A stretch of DNA of 35,428 bases, taken from a virus. Taxonomy: Duplodnaviria > Caudoviricetes. The position numbers and the translations under genes were made by a program. Shown here one piece after another: positions 15,416 through 24,504 of this stretch. Each line of letters opens with the position of its first letter. Position 1 is the stretch's first letter. The notes under the pieces were generated by a model. That model ran no database searches and was not told the DNA's origin. It saw nothing but the letters and a program-made list of their open reading frames with translations. The stretch covers positions 1 through 35,428 of the IMG/VR virus record IMGVR_UViG_3300032270_000610; one strand, 5' to 3'.

Positions 15416-17284
15416 ATGAAGCCCGCCGCGAAAGAATTTTTTAGCACCCCTATGCGTCGAGTGATGACCATCGGCGCAATCGCTGCGGAGTCGCGCACCA
15501 TCGAGCTGGCTTTTTCCAGCAACGCGGAAATCGAACGCTGGCCCGGCATGGTCGAAGTCCTCGATCACTCTGCAGATGCCTGTGACCTCTCGCGGCTCAA
15601 CGACCGCGCAAATCTTTTGTTCAACCATGACGCATCCGAAGTCCTCGGAGTCGTCGAGACCGCCCGCATCGATGCAGACGGGATGGGCCGTGCGCTGGTG
15701 CGCTTCGGCAAATCCGAATGCGCCGAAGAAGCGTGGCAAGATGTGCAGGACGGAATCCTCACGAAGGTCTCGGTCGGCTACCGCGTCCACGATGTCAAGT
15801 TGACCGAAGAACGCGAGGGCGTCGATGTCTACACCGTCAGCCGGTGGGAACCCTACGAAATCTCCCTCGTCACCATCCCCGCCGACACTTCTGTCGGAGT
15901 GGGTCGCAGTCTTACCAACCCGCCAGAGCCAATCGGCAAAGGCACAATCACCCAATCCAATATGCAAGACACACCTACACCCGCGCCACAAGCGCCCGCA
16001 CCGGCGGCGCCGGAGATCAACATCGTCGCCGAGCGCAATGCCGCTGTGAAAAGCGAGCAAGACCGCACCCGCTCGATCCTCGATGCCGGTGACAAATACG
16101 GAATGCCCGCCCTCGCCGCACAGATTGTGCGTGATGGTGGTAGCCTGGTGGACTTCCAAGCCGCCGCACTTGCCGAAAAAGACAAGCGCAGTGCCCAAGT
16201 CCGCGAAGGCCACGCACCGATCGGCCTCAACGAACGCGAAGCATCCAGTTTCTCATTCGTGAAGCTCATCCGCGCCCTCGCCGCAGAGCCAACCGACAAG
16301 AAAGCCCGTCAAGACGCAGCTTTTGAATTGGAAGCTTGCGAAGCAGCCGCCGGCGCAATCGCCCACCGCAATGTCAAAGGCACCATGATTCCCGTGGATG
16401 TCCTCACCGCAGGCTACGGCCAGCGCGGCACGAACACCGTGTCGGCAAAAGCCGCCGCTGGCTACACCGGCACAGGCGGAAACACCGTGCAGACAAGCCT
16501 CCTCGCCTCCTCGTTCATTGATGTCCTCCGCAACAAAGCGGTCATCATGAACCTCGGCACCGAGCTGGCTGGCCTCGTCGGCAATGTGGACATGCCTAAA
16601 CAAACAACCTTCGGCAGTGGCTATTGGATCGGCGAAGATGACGACGCGACAAAATCCGACATCGATTTCGGACTCGTCTCGCTCCGTCCTCGCACGGTTG
16701 CCAACTTCGGCGAAATCACCCGCCGCATGTTGATGCAGCCCTCGCTGTCGGTCGAAGCCCTGCTTCGTAACGACCTCGCGCAAGGCCTCGCCCTCACCAT
16801 CGACTCCGCAGCCTTCTACGGCACAGGACTCAGCAACGCCCCGACCGGAATCAAATCCGCCGCTGGCGTGCTCTCGCAGTCCTTCGTCGCAGTTCAGCCA
16901 ACCTTCGCGGAACTCGTGAATATGGAAAGCCTCGTCAGTGCGCAAAACACCGATGTCGCCAGCATGGCATTCGTTGCCAACCCATCCACACGCGGCATGG
17001 CCAAAACATCGCTCAAATTCCCAACCGGCTCCACCAACGGCGGCACCATCTGGGAAAACGGCACGATGAACGGCTACCGCACCGAGATCACAAACCAAAT
17101 CACCTCTGGTGATGTGTTCTTCGGCAACTTCGCTGATTTCATCATCGGCCTCTGGGGTGGTCTCGAAATCACTGTGGACCCATACAGCAACAGCACCAAG
17201 GGCCGTCTCCGCATCGTCTGCATGCAGGATGTGGATTTCGCTGTCCGCCGCGCCCAGTCCTTCGTTTACGGCAAGAAGCCTTAA
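15416..17284 (+). CDS. Prohead protease-major capsid protein fusion (HK97 fold)
   Basis: N-terminal protease (LLFNHD, KVSVGY, WEPYEISLVTIPAD), Pro/Ala linker, C-terminal capsid domain (YWIGE, FFGNFAD, GGLEITVDPY, DFAVRR). Confidence 0.93.
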   Translation: MKPAAKEFFSTPMRRVMTIGAIAAESRTIELAFSSNAEIERWPGMVEVLDHSADACDLSRLNDRANLLFNHDASEVLGVVETARIDADGMGRALVRFGKSECAEEAWQDVQDGILTKVSVGYRVHDVKLTEEREGVDVYTVSRWEPYEISLVTIPADTSVGVGRSLTNPPEPIGKGTITQSNMQDTPTPAPQAPAPAAPEINIVAERNAAVKSEQDRTRSILDAGDKYGMPALAAQIVRDGGSLVDFQAAALAEKDKRSAQVREGHAPIGLNEREASSFSFVKLIRALAAEPTDKKARQDAAFELEACEAAAGAIAHRNVKGTMIPVDVLTAGYGQRGTNTVSAKAAAGYTGTGGNTVQTSLLASSFIDVLRNKAVIMNLGTELAGLVGNVDMPKQTTFGSGYWIGEDDDATKSDIDFGLVSLRPRTVANFGEITRRMLMQPSLSVEALLRNDLAQGLALTIDSAAFYGTGLSNAPTGIKSAAGVLSQSFVAVQPTFAELVNMESLVSAQNTDVASMAFVANPSTRGMAKTSLKFPTGSTNGGTIWENGTMNGYRTEITNQITSGDVFFGNFADFIIGLWGGLEITVDPYSNSTKGRLRIVCMQDVDFAVRRAQSFVYGKKP

Positions 17285-17305
17285 TCGATAGCTGACAACT
17301 CAACC

Positions 17306-17342
17306 GCCTCCTCCGTGTGCATTCGCGGAGGAGGCTTTTGTT
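17306..17342 (+). terminator. Intrinsic terminator after the capsid gene
   Basis: GCCTCCTCCG...CGGAGGAGGC followed by TTTTGTT. Confidence 0.85.
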
Positions 17343-17356
17343 AGGAACCGCAGATT

Positions 17357-17524
17357 ATGGAACCTCAAAAAATCACACTCCTTCAAGAACTCATGATTGG
17401 CGGCGAACGGTGCTTGGTCGGCAGCAATGTCGAAGTCTCGCCATCCTTGGCCCGCGAACTCATCGCCCATGGCCTTGCCAAGCCATTCGTCGAAACAGCC
17501 GTCGAGCCTAAGAAGAAAAAATGA
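17357..17524 (+). CDS. Small capsid-associated protein (55 aa; not in the ORF track)
   Basis: MEPQKITLLQELMIGGERCLVGSNVEVSPSLARELIAHGLAKP... resembles the small proteins that follow capsid genes; its TGA overlaps the next ATG. Confidence 0.7.
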   Translation: MEPQKITLLQELMIGGERCLVGSNVEVSPSLARELIAHGLAKPFVETAVEPKKKK

Positions 17525-17787
17525 GCCTCGACGAGAAGGACGGACGCCCTGCCGTGAAGATGAATCTCGCGGAAGCCATAGCCGCTCTGGCCCTCATAGC
17601 CACGGTATTCTCATCGCTCAACGGCTGGATCGTCCTGCCCGAACAGATGCGCCAGGTCAGAAATGAAAATGAAAAACAAGACATCCGCCTCCAAGCCATC
17701 GAACGCCTCGCAGCCGACCGCAGCGAAACACTCGCCCGCATCGATGAAAGAACCAAGCGCATCGAAGAAAGCCTCAAAGCTAAATGA
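17521..17787 (+). CDS. Single-TM coiled-coil lysis-cassette protein (holin or i-spanin candidate)
   Basis: Hydrophobic AIAALALIATVFSSLNGWIVL followed by a coiled coil (LARIDERTKRIEE). Confidence 0.6.
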   Translation: MSLDEKDGRPAVKMNLAEAIAALALIATVFSSLNGWIVLPEQMRQVRNENEKQDIRLQAIERLAADRSETLARIDERTKRIEESLKAK

Positions 17788-17963
17788 AAACCCTGCTGGC
17801 ACTCCTGCCGATCCTGCTCCTACCCGCCTGCGTCAGCGTCCCGCTGCCGCCAAGCGGCGAAAAAATGGGAAGCCTCGGGCGAGTGGAGGTCGGCATCCGC
17901 TATTTCCCACCAGTCACGATCGACTGGTTCAACCCGCAAATCCCAAGCCTCAAAGACAAATGA
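17784..17963 (+). CDS. Lipoprotein, spanin candidate (59 aa; not in the ORF track)
   Basis: MKTLLALLPILLLPA|C lipobox, Pro-rich mature part, overlaps neighbouring genes at both ends. Confidence 0.65.
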   Translation: MKTLLALLPILLLPACVSVPLPPSGEKMGSLGRVEVGIRYFPPVTIDWFNPQIPSLKDK

Positions 17964-18136
17964 AAATCCTCGATTACATCCTCGCCCGCCTTGCCGAATC
18001 ATCCACTTGGCGCGGCCTCGTATTCGTGACCTCCGCAGCCGGAATCGTTCTTGATCCCGACAAAGCTAACGCCATCGCAGCAGCCGGAATGGCCATCGCG
18101 GGAGCGATCAACATTTTCCGCAAAGAGAAGAAGTGA
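17960..18136 (+). CDS. Holin-like small membrane protein
   Basis: 58 aa with ESSTWRG, two hydrophobic segments and a basic C-terminus RKEKK; directly upstream of the endolysin. Confidence 0.65.
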   Translation: MKILDYILARLAESSTWRGLVFVTSAAGIVLDPDKANAIAAAGMAIAGAINIFRKEKK

Positions 18137-18145
18137 TTCACTGAA

Positions 18146-18655
18146 ATGATCCACCGACTCCTCGCCATCGCCCAAGCCGAGATCGGCATCCGCGAAGAGG
18201 GAGGAAACAATCGCGGCCAGCGGATACGCGACTACCAACGCGCCACCGACCTACCACCCGGCCCGTGGCCTTGGTGCGCCGCTTTCGTTTCGTTTTGCGT
18301 TCAGGAGTGGCTTAAAGAAAACGATGTCCCTGAGTGGCTACGCCTCACGCGCTCGCCTGCCGAGTGGCAACCCTGCACCGCGCTGGCGTATGGATTCCGC
18401 CAATGGGCAAAAGATCGCCCTCGCACCACGACCATCTACACCGACCAAGACGCCGCCCAGCCGGGCGACATCGTGACCTTTGACTTTTCGCATGTCGGAA
18501 TTGTCCTTGAGGACGATGGGAAGAACCTCGTCACCGTCGAAGGAAACACCAACTTTTCTGGCACACGCGATTCCGAGGCTGGCGATGGAGTCTGGCGCAA
18601 AATCCGGCCAAAATCCCTTGCTCGAAACTTCATCCGCATCCACCCCGCTCGATGA
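18146..18655 (+). CDS. Endolysin, CHAP-domain amidase/peptidase
   Basis: PWCAAFV, GDIVTF..SHVGIV and TVEGN catalytic Cys/His motifs. Confidence 0.88.
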   Translation: MIHRLLAIAQAEIGIREEGGNNRGQRIRDYQRATDLPPGPWPWCAAFVSFCVQEWLKENDVPEWLRLTRSPAEWQPCTALAYGFRQWAKDRPRTTTIYTDQDAAQPGDIVTFDFSHVGIVLEDDGKNLVTVEGNTNFSGTRDSEAGDGVWRKIRPKSLARNFIRIHPAR

Positions 18656-18945
18656 CCTACGGAAACCTCGATGTTTTTTTCTCCGGTCTCGACCACACCG
18701 AGATTCTGTTTTCCCTGCCGACTGGAACCCGGATCGTGCGCGGCTATTTCGACAACGCCTTTTTCGACTCCTCCGTGGGCGAGGTAGTCCTCGACAGCAC
18801 GCAGCCACGTTTCCAGTGCAAGGAGTCGGATGTCTCAGGCATTGCCCGCGAAACTGCCTGCAAGGTCGAAGGCAAAAATTACACCGTGATGGAAATCCAG
18901 CCAGACGGAACCGGCCTCGCCACCGTCACACTCGCCCATGAGTGA
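18652..18945 (+). CDS. Head closure / head-tail joining protein (lambda gpFII-like)
   Basis: VRGYFDN...QP...YTVMEIQPDGTGLATVTL and gene position. Confidence 0.75.
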   Translation: MTYGNLDVFFSGLDHTEILFSLPTGTRIVRGYFDNAFFDSSVGEVVLDSTQPRFQCKESDVSGIARETACKVEGKNYTVMEIQPDGTGLATVTLAHE

Positions 18946-19453
18946 CATGATTTTCATCGAGGCCAAGGGCCTCGACCGCATCGGGCGCGACCTTGGGGCA
19001 ACGCAAAAACAGATCGAGCCAGCCATGCGCAGCGCCGTCTCTCGCGTCACCCGCTGGGCAGGCAACGAAGCCGCCCGCCGCATTGCTAAGGCGACCAAAG
19101 TCACAGGCAAAGTCATCAAAGGCCGCATGCGCGTCGAAGTGATGGGCAAAGATGGCATCCTCGGGCGCGTGTGGGCTGGCCTGCGCAACATCCCGCTCAA
19201 AGCCATGAAGCCACGCCAGACCAAGAGCGGAGTCACCGCAGGCCCCGCCAAAAGACCCGGTGCCTTCATCTCCAAAAAAATGGGCGGGCATGTCTTCGAG
19301 CGGGTCGGAAAAAAACGCCTGCCCATCAAAAAATCCGAAGGCGTGAACATCCTCGACCCCGGCATGGATGCCATGGGGAGTCTGGAAAAAGAAATCGGCG
19401 AACGCCTGCAACGCGAATTTGAAACCCAACTAAAATGGCAACTCAGCAAATAG
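18938..19453 (+). CDS. Minor tail protein (lambda gpZ-like)
   Basis: Basic protein with GAFI...HVFERVGKKRLPI; neck gene position. Confidence 0.75.
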   Translation: MSDMIFIEAKGLDRIGRDLGATQKQIEPAMRSAVSRVTRWAGNEAARRIAKATKVTGKVIKGRMRVEVMGKDGILGRVWAGLRNIPLKAMKPRQTKSGVTAGPAKRPGAFISKKMGGHVFERVGKKRLPIKKSEGVNILDPGMDAMGSLEKEIGERLQREFETQLKWQLSK

Positions 19454-19977
19454 ACCTCGCCGTCCTGCACACGAAGATTGCCGAGAAGATCAACGCCAAA
19501 TTCGGCAGCACGGTCAAAACCATCGCCGCATACTCGCGCTACATGGACAAGATCGAAGTCCCTGCCATCACTTTCGAGTTGGACACCATCGAGCCGTCCG
19601 ACCCCTCGGATGTCGGAACGCAGCAACTCCAGGTCGATCTCCGCTTTTCCGCTTCGCTCATCTACTCCTACAAGCAGGGCAACAAATTCGCCGTGCGCCT
19701 CATGGCCGCAAACTTTGCCGCCTTCCTGCAAGGCCAGCGATTCGGCATGCCCGTCACGCCCGCCCGATTCATCGCCGCCACCCCGCAAGAGTTCGACGCC
19801 GAAAACCCAGAATACGAAACATGGAGGGTCGAATGGGAACACACTTGCCTCCTCGGTGAAACCGCATGGCCCGAAGGTGGGGCGCTACCCACAGACATCC
19901 GCGCCTCATGGGTTCCCAAGATCGGCATCCCCCACCAAGCGGACTATGTGCCGATCCAAGACATCCTCGCCACATGA
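19435..19977 (+). CDS. Tail completion/terminator protein
   Basis: PAITFEL...WRVEWEH; lies between the gpZ-like gene and gpV. Confidence 0.6.
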   Translation: MATQQIDLAVLHTKIAEKINAKFGSTVKTIAAYSRYMDKIEVPAITFELDTIEPSDPSDVGTQQLQVDLRFSASLIYSYKQGNKFAVRLMAANFAAFLQGQRFGMPVTPARFIAATPQEFDAENPEYETWRVEWEHTCLLGETAWPEGGALPTDIRASWVPKIGIPHQADYVPIQDILAT

Positions 19978-20744
19978 GCAACGCCCGCATCGGAGAGCTT
20001 GAGCGCCGACTAAGCAACACCATCCGACCCGGCACCGTGCTGGAAGCGGACTACGCCAAGGCCCGCCTGCGTGTCACGATGGGCGACAACACCAGCGCAT
20101 GGTTGCCATGGCTCACCAGCCGCGCCGGTGAAGACCGCACATGGCACGCCCCCGAAGTCGGCGAGCAGGTCATCGTCATCGCCCCCGGAGGCGAACTCTC
20201 CGCTGGCTACGTCATGCCAGGAGGCGTGTATAAAAACGACTACCCAGCAAACGCCGACAAAGCCGAGATCTCCCGCACCACCTACAAGGATGGCGCAATC
20301 CTCGAATACGACCGGGAAAACCACACCCACCTCCTACAACTCCCCGAAGGATCTGCAACGGTCAAAGTCGGAGACGATGCGCAAACCGAGATCACGCCCG
20401 AAAAAATCACGGCCCAAGTCGGATCGGACGCCAAAACGGAAATCACCGCCTCCAAAATCCTCGCCCAAATCGGCAGCGATGCCAAAAGCGAAATCACAGC
20501 CAGCAAGATCACGCACAGCCTCGGCAGTGGAAAGGTGGAGATCACCAGCGGCAGCGTGAAAATCACGGTCGGCGGAACCACTCTCGAAATCGCCAGCGGA
20601 GGCATCACGATCACCGGCAACGTCACGCAAACCGGAAACTACGACCAGACAGGCTTGATGAAATCCAACCTGATCACCCTCTCCACCCACACGCACGGTG
20701 GCGTCATGCCCGGAACAAGCATCACCGCCGTCCCGAACCCTTAG
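19974..20744 (+). CDS. Baseplate spike protein (P2 gpV-like)
   Basis: SAWLPWLTSRAG, PEVGEQV, DGAILEYD, beta-helix repeats, C-terminal HTH (His-x-His) metal-binding tip. Confidence 0.92.
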   Translation: MSNARIGELERRLSNTIRPGTVLEADYAKARLRVTMGDNTSAWLPWLTSRAGEDRTWHAPEVGEQVIVIAPGGELSAGYVMPGGVYKNDYPANADKAEISRTTYKDGAILEYDRENHTHLLQLPEGSATVKVGDDAQTEITPEKITAQVGSDAKTEITASKILAQIGSDAKSEITASKITHSLGSGKVEITSGSVKITVGGTTLEIASGGITITGNVTQTGNYDQTGLMKSNLITLSTHTHGGVMPGTSITAVPNP

Positions 20745-20746
20745 AA

Positions 20747-20788
20747 GGAAGTCCCCGCAGAAGACACCCCCCAGCGCAGCCATAAAAT
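20747..20788 (+). promoter_or_regulatory. Late promoter motif, copy 4
   Basis: GGAAgtCCCCGCAGAAGACA, 16-nt spacer, TAAAAT. Confidence 0.75.
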
Positions 20789-20796
20789 CTCGCCCC

Positions 20797-21132
20797 ATGC
20801 GAGGCATGAGCAGCGACACCGGCAAGGCGCTTTCCGGGTTGGACCATTTGAAGCAGTCGATACGGGACATTCTCACGACCCCGCTCGGCTCTCGCGTCAT
20901 GCTCCGAGACTACGGCTCGCGCCTGTTTGACCTCGTGGACGCGCCGATGAATCGCGGGACCATTGTTGAAATCTATGTCGCCACCATCGAGGCGATCCGC
21001 AAATGGGAACCTCGCGTTGAGATAACCCGCGTCATCGCGCAAGGCATCGAACCCGGCAAGATCACCATTGCCCTTGAAGGCGTCTACCTGCCCACCGGAA
21101 CCGCGCTCACACTTGACGGGATGGTTGTATGA
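20797..21132 (+). CDS. Baseplate protein (P2 gpW / T4 gp25-like)
   Basis: HLKQSIRDILTTPLGSRVMLRDYGS...WEPR. Confidence 0.93.
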   Translation: MRGMSSDTGKALSGLDHLKQSIRDILTTPLGSRVMLRDYGSRLFDLVDAPMNRGTIVEIYVATIEAIRKWEPRVEITRVIAQGIEPGKITIALEGVYLPTGTALTLDGMVV

Positions 21133-22028
21133 GTTACACGCCAATCGATCTTTCGAGCCTCCCCGCGCCGACGATTGTCGAAAGCCTCGACTACGCCGCG
21201 ATTTTGCAGGAGATGGTGGACGATCTCAAAGCTCGCGATCCGGCATTCACCGCCATCGTCGAAAGCGACCCCGCCTTTAAGATTCTGGAAGTCTGCGCCT
21301 ACCGCGAAATGCTCATCCGGCAGCGGGTCAACGATGCCGCCCGTGGAGTCATGCTCGCCTATGCAACCGGCGCGGACCTCGATCAACTTGGAGCGATATT
21401 CGGCACCTCACGCAAAGTCCTCGTGCCAGCAGCCCCCACAGCAATCCCGCCGCGCTTGGCCGTCATGGAAACGGACACCGATCTGCGCTATCGGGTCACG
21501 CTCGCGCTGGAAGGACTCAGCACCGCAGGCCCCGAAGGAAGTTATCTTTACCACGCCCTCAAAGTGGCCGGCGTGAAACACGCGACCATCGTCGGCCCTC
21601 CCACCGTCTCCCCCGGCAATGTCCTCGTGACCGTCCTCGGCCTCACAGGCAACGGCGCACCGTCGGCAACCGTGCTCTCCAACGTCACGCTTGCCCTCAA
21701 CGCCGAATCTGTCCGCCCGCTCACGGATGCCGTGACCGTGCAAGGCGCATCGGTTCAAAGCTACACGATCACAGCAACGATCTTCACCTTCCCCGGTCCC
21801 GACTCCGAAGTGGTAATGCAGGAAGCCCAAGCCAGCGCCCAAGCCTTCGCAACGGCGAATCACAAAGTCGGGAACGACATCAACCTTTCCGCCATCTTTG
21901 CAGCTCTCCATGTGGACGGAGTGCAAAAAGTCACGCTTACCGCACCCACGGCCAACATTGTGTGCGACCACACGAAAGCGCCCTTCTGCACCGCGATCAA
22001 TCTGACATACGGAGGCTTGAGCCAGTAA
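21129..22028 (+). CDS. Baseplate J-like protein
   Basis: IDLSSLPAPTIVE, AYREMLIRQRVNDAA, STAGPEGSY, VRPLTD. Confidence 0.95.
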   Translation: MSYTPIDLSSLPAPTIVESLDYAAILQEMVDDLKARDPAFTAIVESDPAFKILEVCAYREMLIRQRVNDAARGVMLAYATGADLDQLGAIFGTSRKVLVPAAPTAIPPRLAVMETDTDLRYRVTLALEGLSTAGPEGSYLYHALKVAGVKHATIVGPPTVSPGNVLVTVLGLTGNGAPSATVLSNVTLALNAESVRPLTDAVTVQGASVQSYTITATIFTFPGPDSEVVMQEAQASAQAFATANHKVGNDINLSAIFAALHVDGVQKVTLTAPTANIVCDHTKAPFCTAINLTYGGLSQ

Positions 22029-22029
22029 A

Positions 22030-22797
22030 ATGAGCCGGTCGATTTACCAATACCTTTCCGACCAAGACGGGAATTTCTTTTACTACGGACAAGCCCCTAA
22101 CGCCGCGAAAACCACCGACCTTCTGTGGAATATCCTCCGGCAGGAATACAGCTCCGCAGGCGACCTGCTCGACACCAAGGTGGCCATCAACGGCGCGTGG
22201 ACGAACCGGACAAATCTCGTTTACGGAGACCCCGCCAACGAAGACGAAATCGCCGCAGATATTACCCTGCGCGACCTCCTGCCGCCCAACGCAACAAGCC
22301 CAGAGCGATCCCTATCGCTCGCCACCTCCCGCCTTGGGACAATTTCAACGCCCATCCGGTCGCTCTGGAACGCCGACACCTGCCCCGAAAACCTCCTCCC
22401 GTGGTTAGCCTGGGCCGCATCGGTTGACGAGTGGGACGCCAACTGGACAACGGCAACCAAGCGCAACTTCATCAAGGACAGCGCCGAGATTCACCGCAAA
22501 AAAGGCACCGTCGCAGCCGTCAAAACATTGCTCAACTCCTTCGGCATTTCGCTCAAGCTGACCGAGTGGTGGCAGACCACGCCGAAAGGCGATCCGCACA
22601 CATTCACCATCGCCCTCGGCTGGCTGCAAACTCCCGCCTCCGTGCAGGACTCAATCACGAAAGCCGTCGCAGCGATCAAGCCGGTGCGCAGTTCTTTCAC
22701 ACTTTCAACCATCGAGTCATTCGTTGGCAGCGTGAACACGGTCGGCATCTGTCGCACGGCCACATTCGACCGCCTCGACTGCGCCGCCACCTACTAA
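22030..22797 (+). CDS. Tail protein I (P2 gpI-like) with an extra N-terminal domain
   Basis: LLPPNAT, LWNADTCPENLLPWLAWAASVDEW, HRKKGT, preceded by ~80 extra residues. Confidence 0.9.
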   Translation: MSRSIYQYLSDQDGNFFYYGQAPNAAKTTDLLWNILRQEYSSAGDLLDTKVAINGAWTNRTNLVYGDPANEDEIAADITLRDLLPPNATSPERSLSLATSRLGTISTPIRSLWNADTCPENLLPWLAWAASVDEWDANWTTATKRNFIKDSAEIHRKKGTVAAVKTLLNSFGISLKLTEWWQTTPKGDPHTFTIALGWLQTPASVQDSITKAVAAIKPVRSSFTLSTIESFVGSVNTVGICRTATFDRLDCAATY

Positions 22798-22800
22798 TTT

Positions 22801-24429
22801 ATGGCCCTTCAATTCATCATCACCGACGCAGGCCGCGCCGCCATCGCCCAAGTGGGCGGTGCCATCGGCCCTGTCACACTCACAAAAATAGCCATCGGCA
22901 GCGCAGGCTACACGCCAACAGCAAGCCGCATAGCCTTGCAAACCGAGATCAAGCGCCTCGATCCATCTGGTAGCACCGTGCCAGTCCCCGGCACGATCCA
23001 CATGACCGCGCAGGATGATTCCGCAGACTCCTACTCGGTAAAGGAAATCGGTCTATACACGAACAACAGCGTCCTTTTTGCCATATACTCGCAAAGCACA
23101 GCCATCATCACCAAGGGCAGCACAGCCAGTGCTCTATTTGCGCTGGATTTTGTGATGACCAATGTTCCAGCTGGAACGGTTGTTGTCGGAGACGCAGGCT
23201 TTTCCTACGCGCAAGCCAACGAAACCCGCCTCGGCGTCCTTGCCATTGCCACAACCGCCGAAGCCCAAGCGGGAACAATAGACACAAAAATCATCACCCC
23301 TTTAAAACTCGCGCAGGTCACAGCCACGGAGACCCGCCGTGGCTTGATTGAATTGGCCACTACCGCAGAAGCGCAAGCCCTCGCGCCAGACGCAACCAAG
23401 GCGCTAACGGTTGCGAGGCTCGTGGATCGCACGGCAACAACAGGCCGCGCCGGCGTTGTAGTATTTGCAAACAGCGACGAAGTTTTTGCAGGAACAAACG
23501 ACACAAAATCAATAACTCCAAAAAATCTACGCAACCATTATGTGCAAAAGGCAGATTTTGCGTCGGAAACGGAGTCTGGGATTATTGAGATTGCAACAAG
23601 CGCCGAGACGCAAACAGGAACTGACGCACTACGCGCTGTCACTCCTGCCGGTCTTGCGAGCCGCACGGCAACAACCGCACGAGCAGGCATCGTTGCACTT
23701 GCAACAAGCGCCGAGACGCAAACAGGAACTGACGCAAACAAAGCGGTAACGCCAGCGGGACTCGCAGCACGCACAGCTACAGACGCACGGGCTGGAATCG
23801 TTGAACTCGCAACAAGCGCCGAGACGCAAACAGGAACTGACGCACTACGCGCCGTCACACCCGCCGGACTCGCCAGTGCCGCAGCTCTATTTGTCCCGCC
23901 CGGTGCGGTCATGCCATTTGCGATGACGACAGCGCCCAGCGGTTGGCTTGCCGCCAACGGTCAAACTATTGGGAGCGCAGCCAGTGGTGCAAATTTTGGA
24001 AATCCAAATTACTCCGATCTTTTTGGCGTGCTTTGGGCAAACTGGAGCAACACTCTTCTGCCAATTCAGACCAGCACTGGAGCGGCGTCTACTCGTGGGT
24101 TATCGGCAGCGGCGGACTTTGCATCTAACAAGCGATTGCCATTACCCGACCTGCGCGGATACTTCGTGCGCGGTAGCGGAACTAATACAGACGGGACGGC
24201 ATCCGGCGCTTTTGGAACAAAACAGGCGGATGCTTTTCAAGGACACCGACATGGGGCAGAGCAAACTTCGACTTTTGCAGGTCCGACAGGAACAGCGCAG
24301 GGAAGCGATGCTCAAGCGAATAACTCAACAACAGGTGATCCAGTAACAGATACCGTCAACGGCCCCCCCCGCACGGCATCCGAAACCCGCCCCAAAAACA
24401 TCGCCCTCCTCTACTGCATCAAATTCTAA
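22801..24429 (+). CDS. Tail fibre protein (gpH-like N-terminus, 36-aa repeats, tail-collar domain)
   Basis: ITDAGRAA/KEIGLY N-terminus; AT.AE...GTD...AVTP repeats; PPGAVMPFA...PSGWL...LPDLRGYFVRG; FQGHRH; ETRPKNIAL. Confidence 0.9.
   Translation: MALQFIITDAGRAAIAQVGGAIGPVTLTKIAIGSAGYTPTASRIALQTEIKRLDPSGSTVPVPGTIHMTAQDDSADSYSVKEIGLYTNNSVLFAIYSQSTAIITKGSTASALFALDFVMTNVPAGTVVVGDAGFSYAQANETRLGVLAIATTAEAQAGTIDTKIITPLKLAQVTATETRRGLIELATTAEAQALAPDATKALTVARLVDRTATTGRAGVVVFANSDEVFAGTNDTKSITPKNLRNHYVQKADFASETESGIIEIATSAETQTGTDALRAVTPAGLASRTATTARAGIVALATSAETQTGTDANKAVTPAGLAARTATDARAGIVELATSAETQTGTDALRAVTPAGLASAAALFVPPGAVMPFAMTTAPSGWLAANGQTIGSAASGANFGNPNYSDLFGVLWANWSNTLLPIQTSTGAASTRGLSAAADFASNKRLPLPDLRGYFVRGSGTNTDGTASGAFGTKQADAFQGHRHGAEQTSTFAGPTGTAQGSDAQANNSTTGDPVTDTVNGPPRTASETRPKNIALLYCIKF
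23593..23880 (+). repeat. 108-bp tandem repeat x3 within the tail fibre gene
   Basis: Identical 36-mer GCAACAAGCGCCGAGACGCAAACAGGAACTGACGCA at 23593, 23701 and 23809. Confidence 0.9.
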
Positions 24430-24472
24430 GGAAGTCCCCGCAGAAGACACCAACACGCTCATTTTCCACACT
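24430..24472 (+). promoter_or_regulatory. Late promoter motif, copy 5
   Basis: GGAAgtCCCCGCAGAAGACA, 17-nt spacer, CACACT; upstream of the sheath gene. Confidence 0.72.
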
Positions 24473-24504
24473 CTCACCCGCAACCGCAACCACACCATCA
24501 ATCC

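Noticed and set aside
23593-23880. CRISPR-like array (36-bp identical repeats)
   Set aside because: The repeats are in-frame coding units with 72-bp intervening segments similar to each other; no cas genes.
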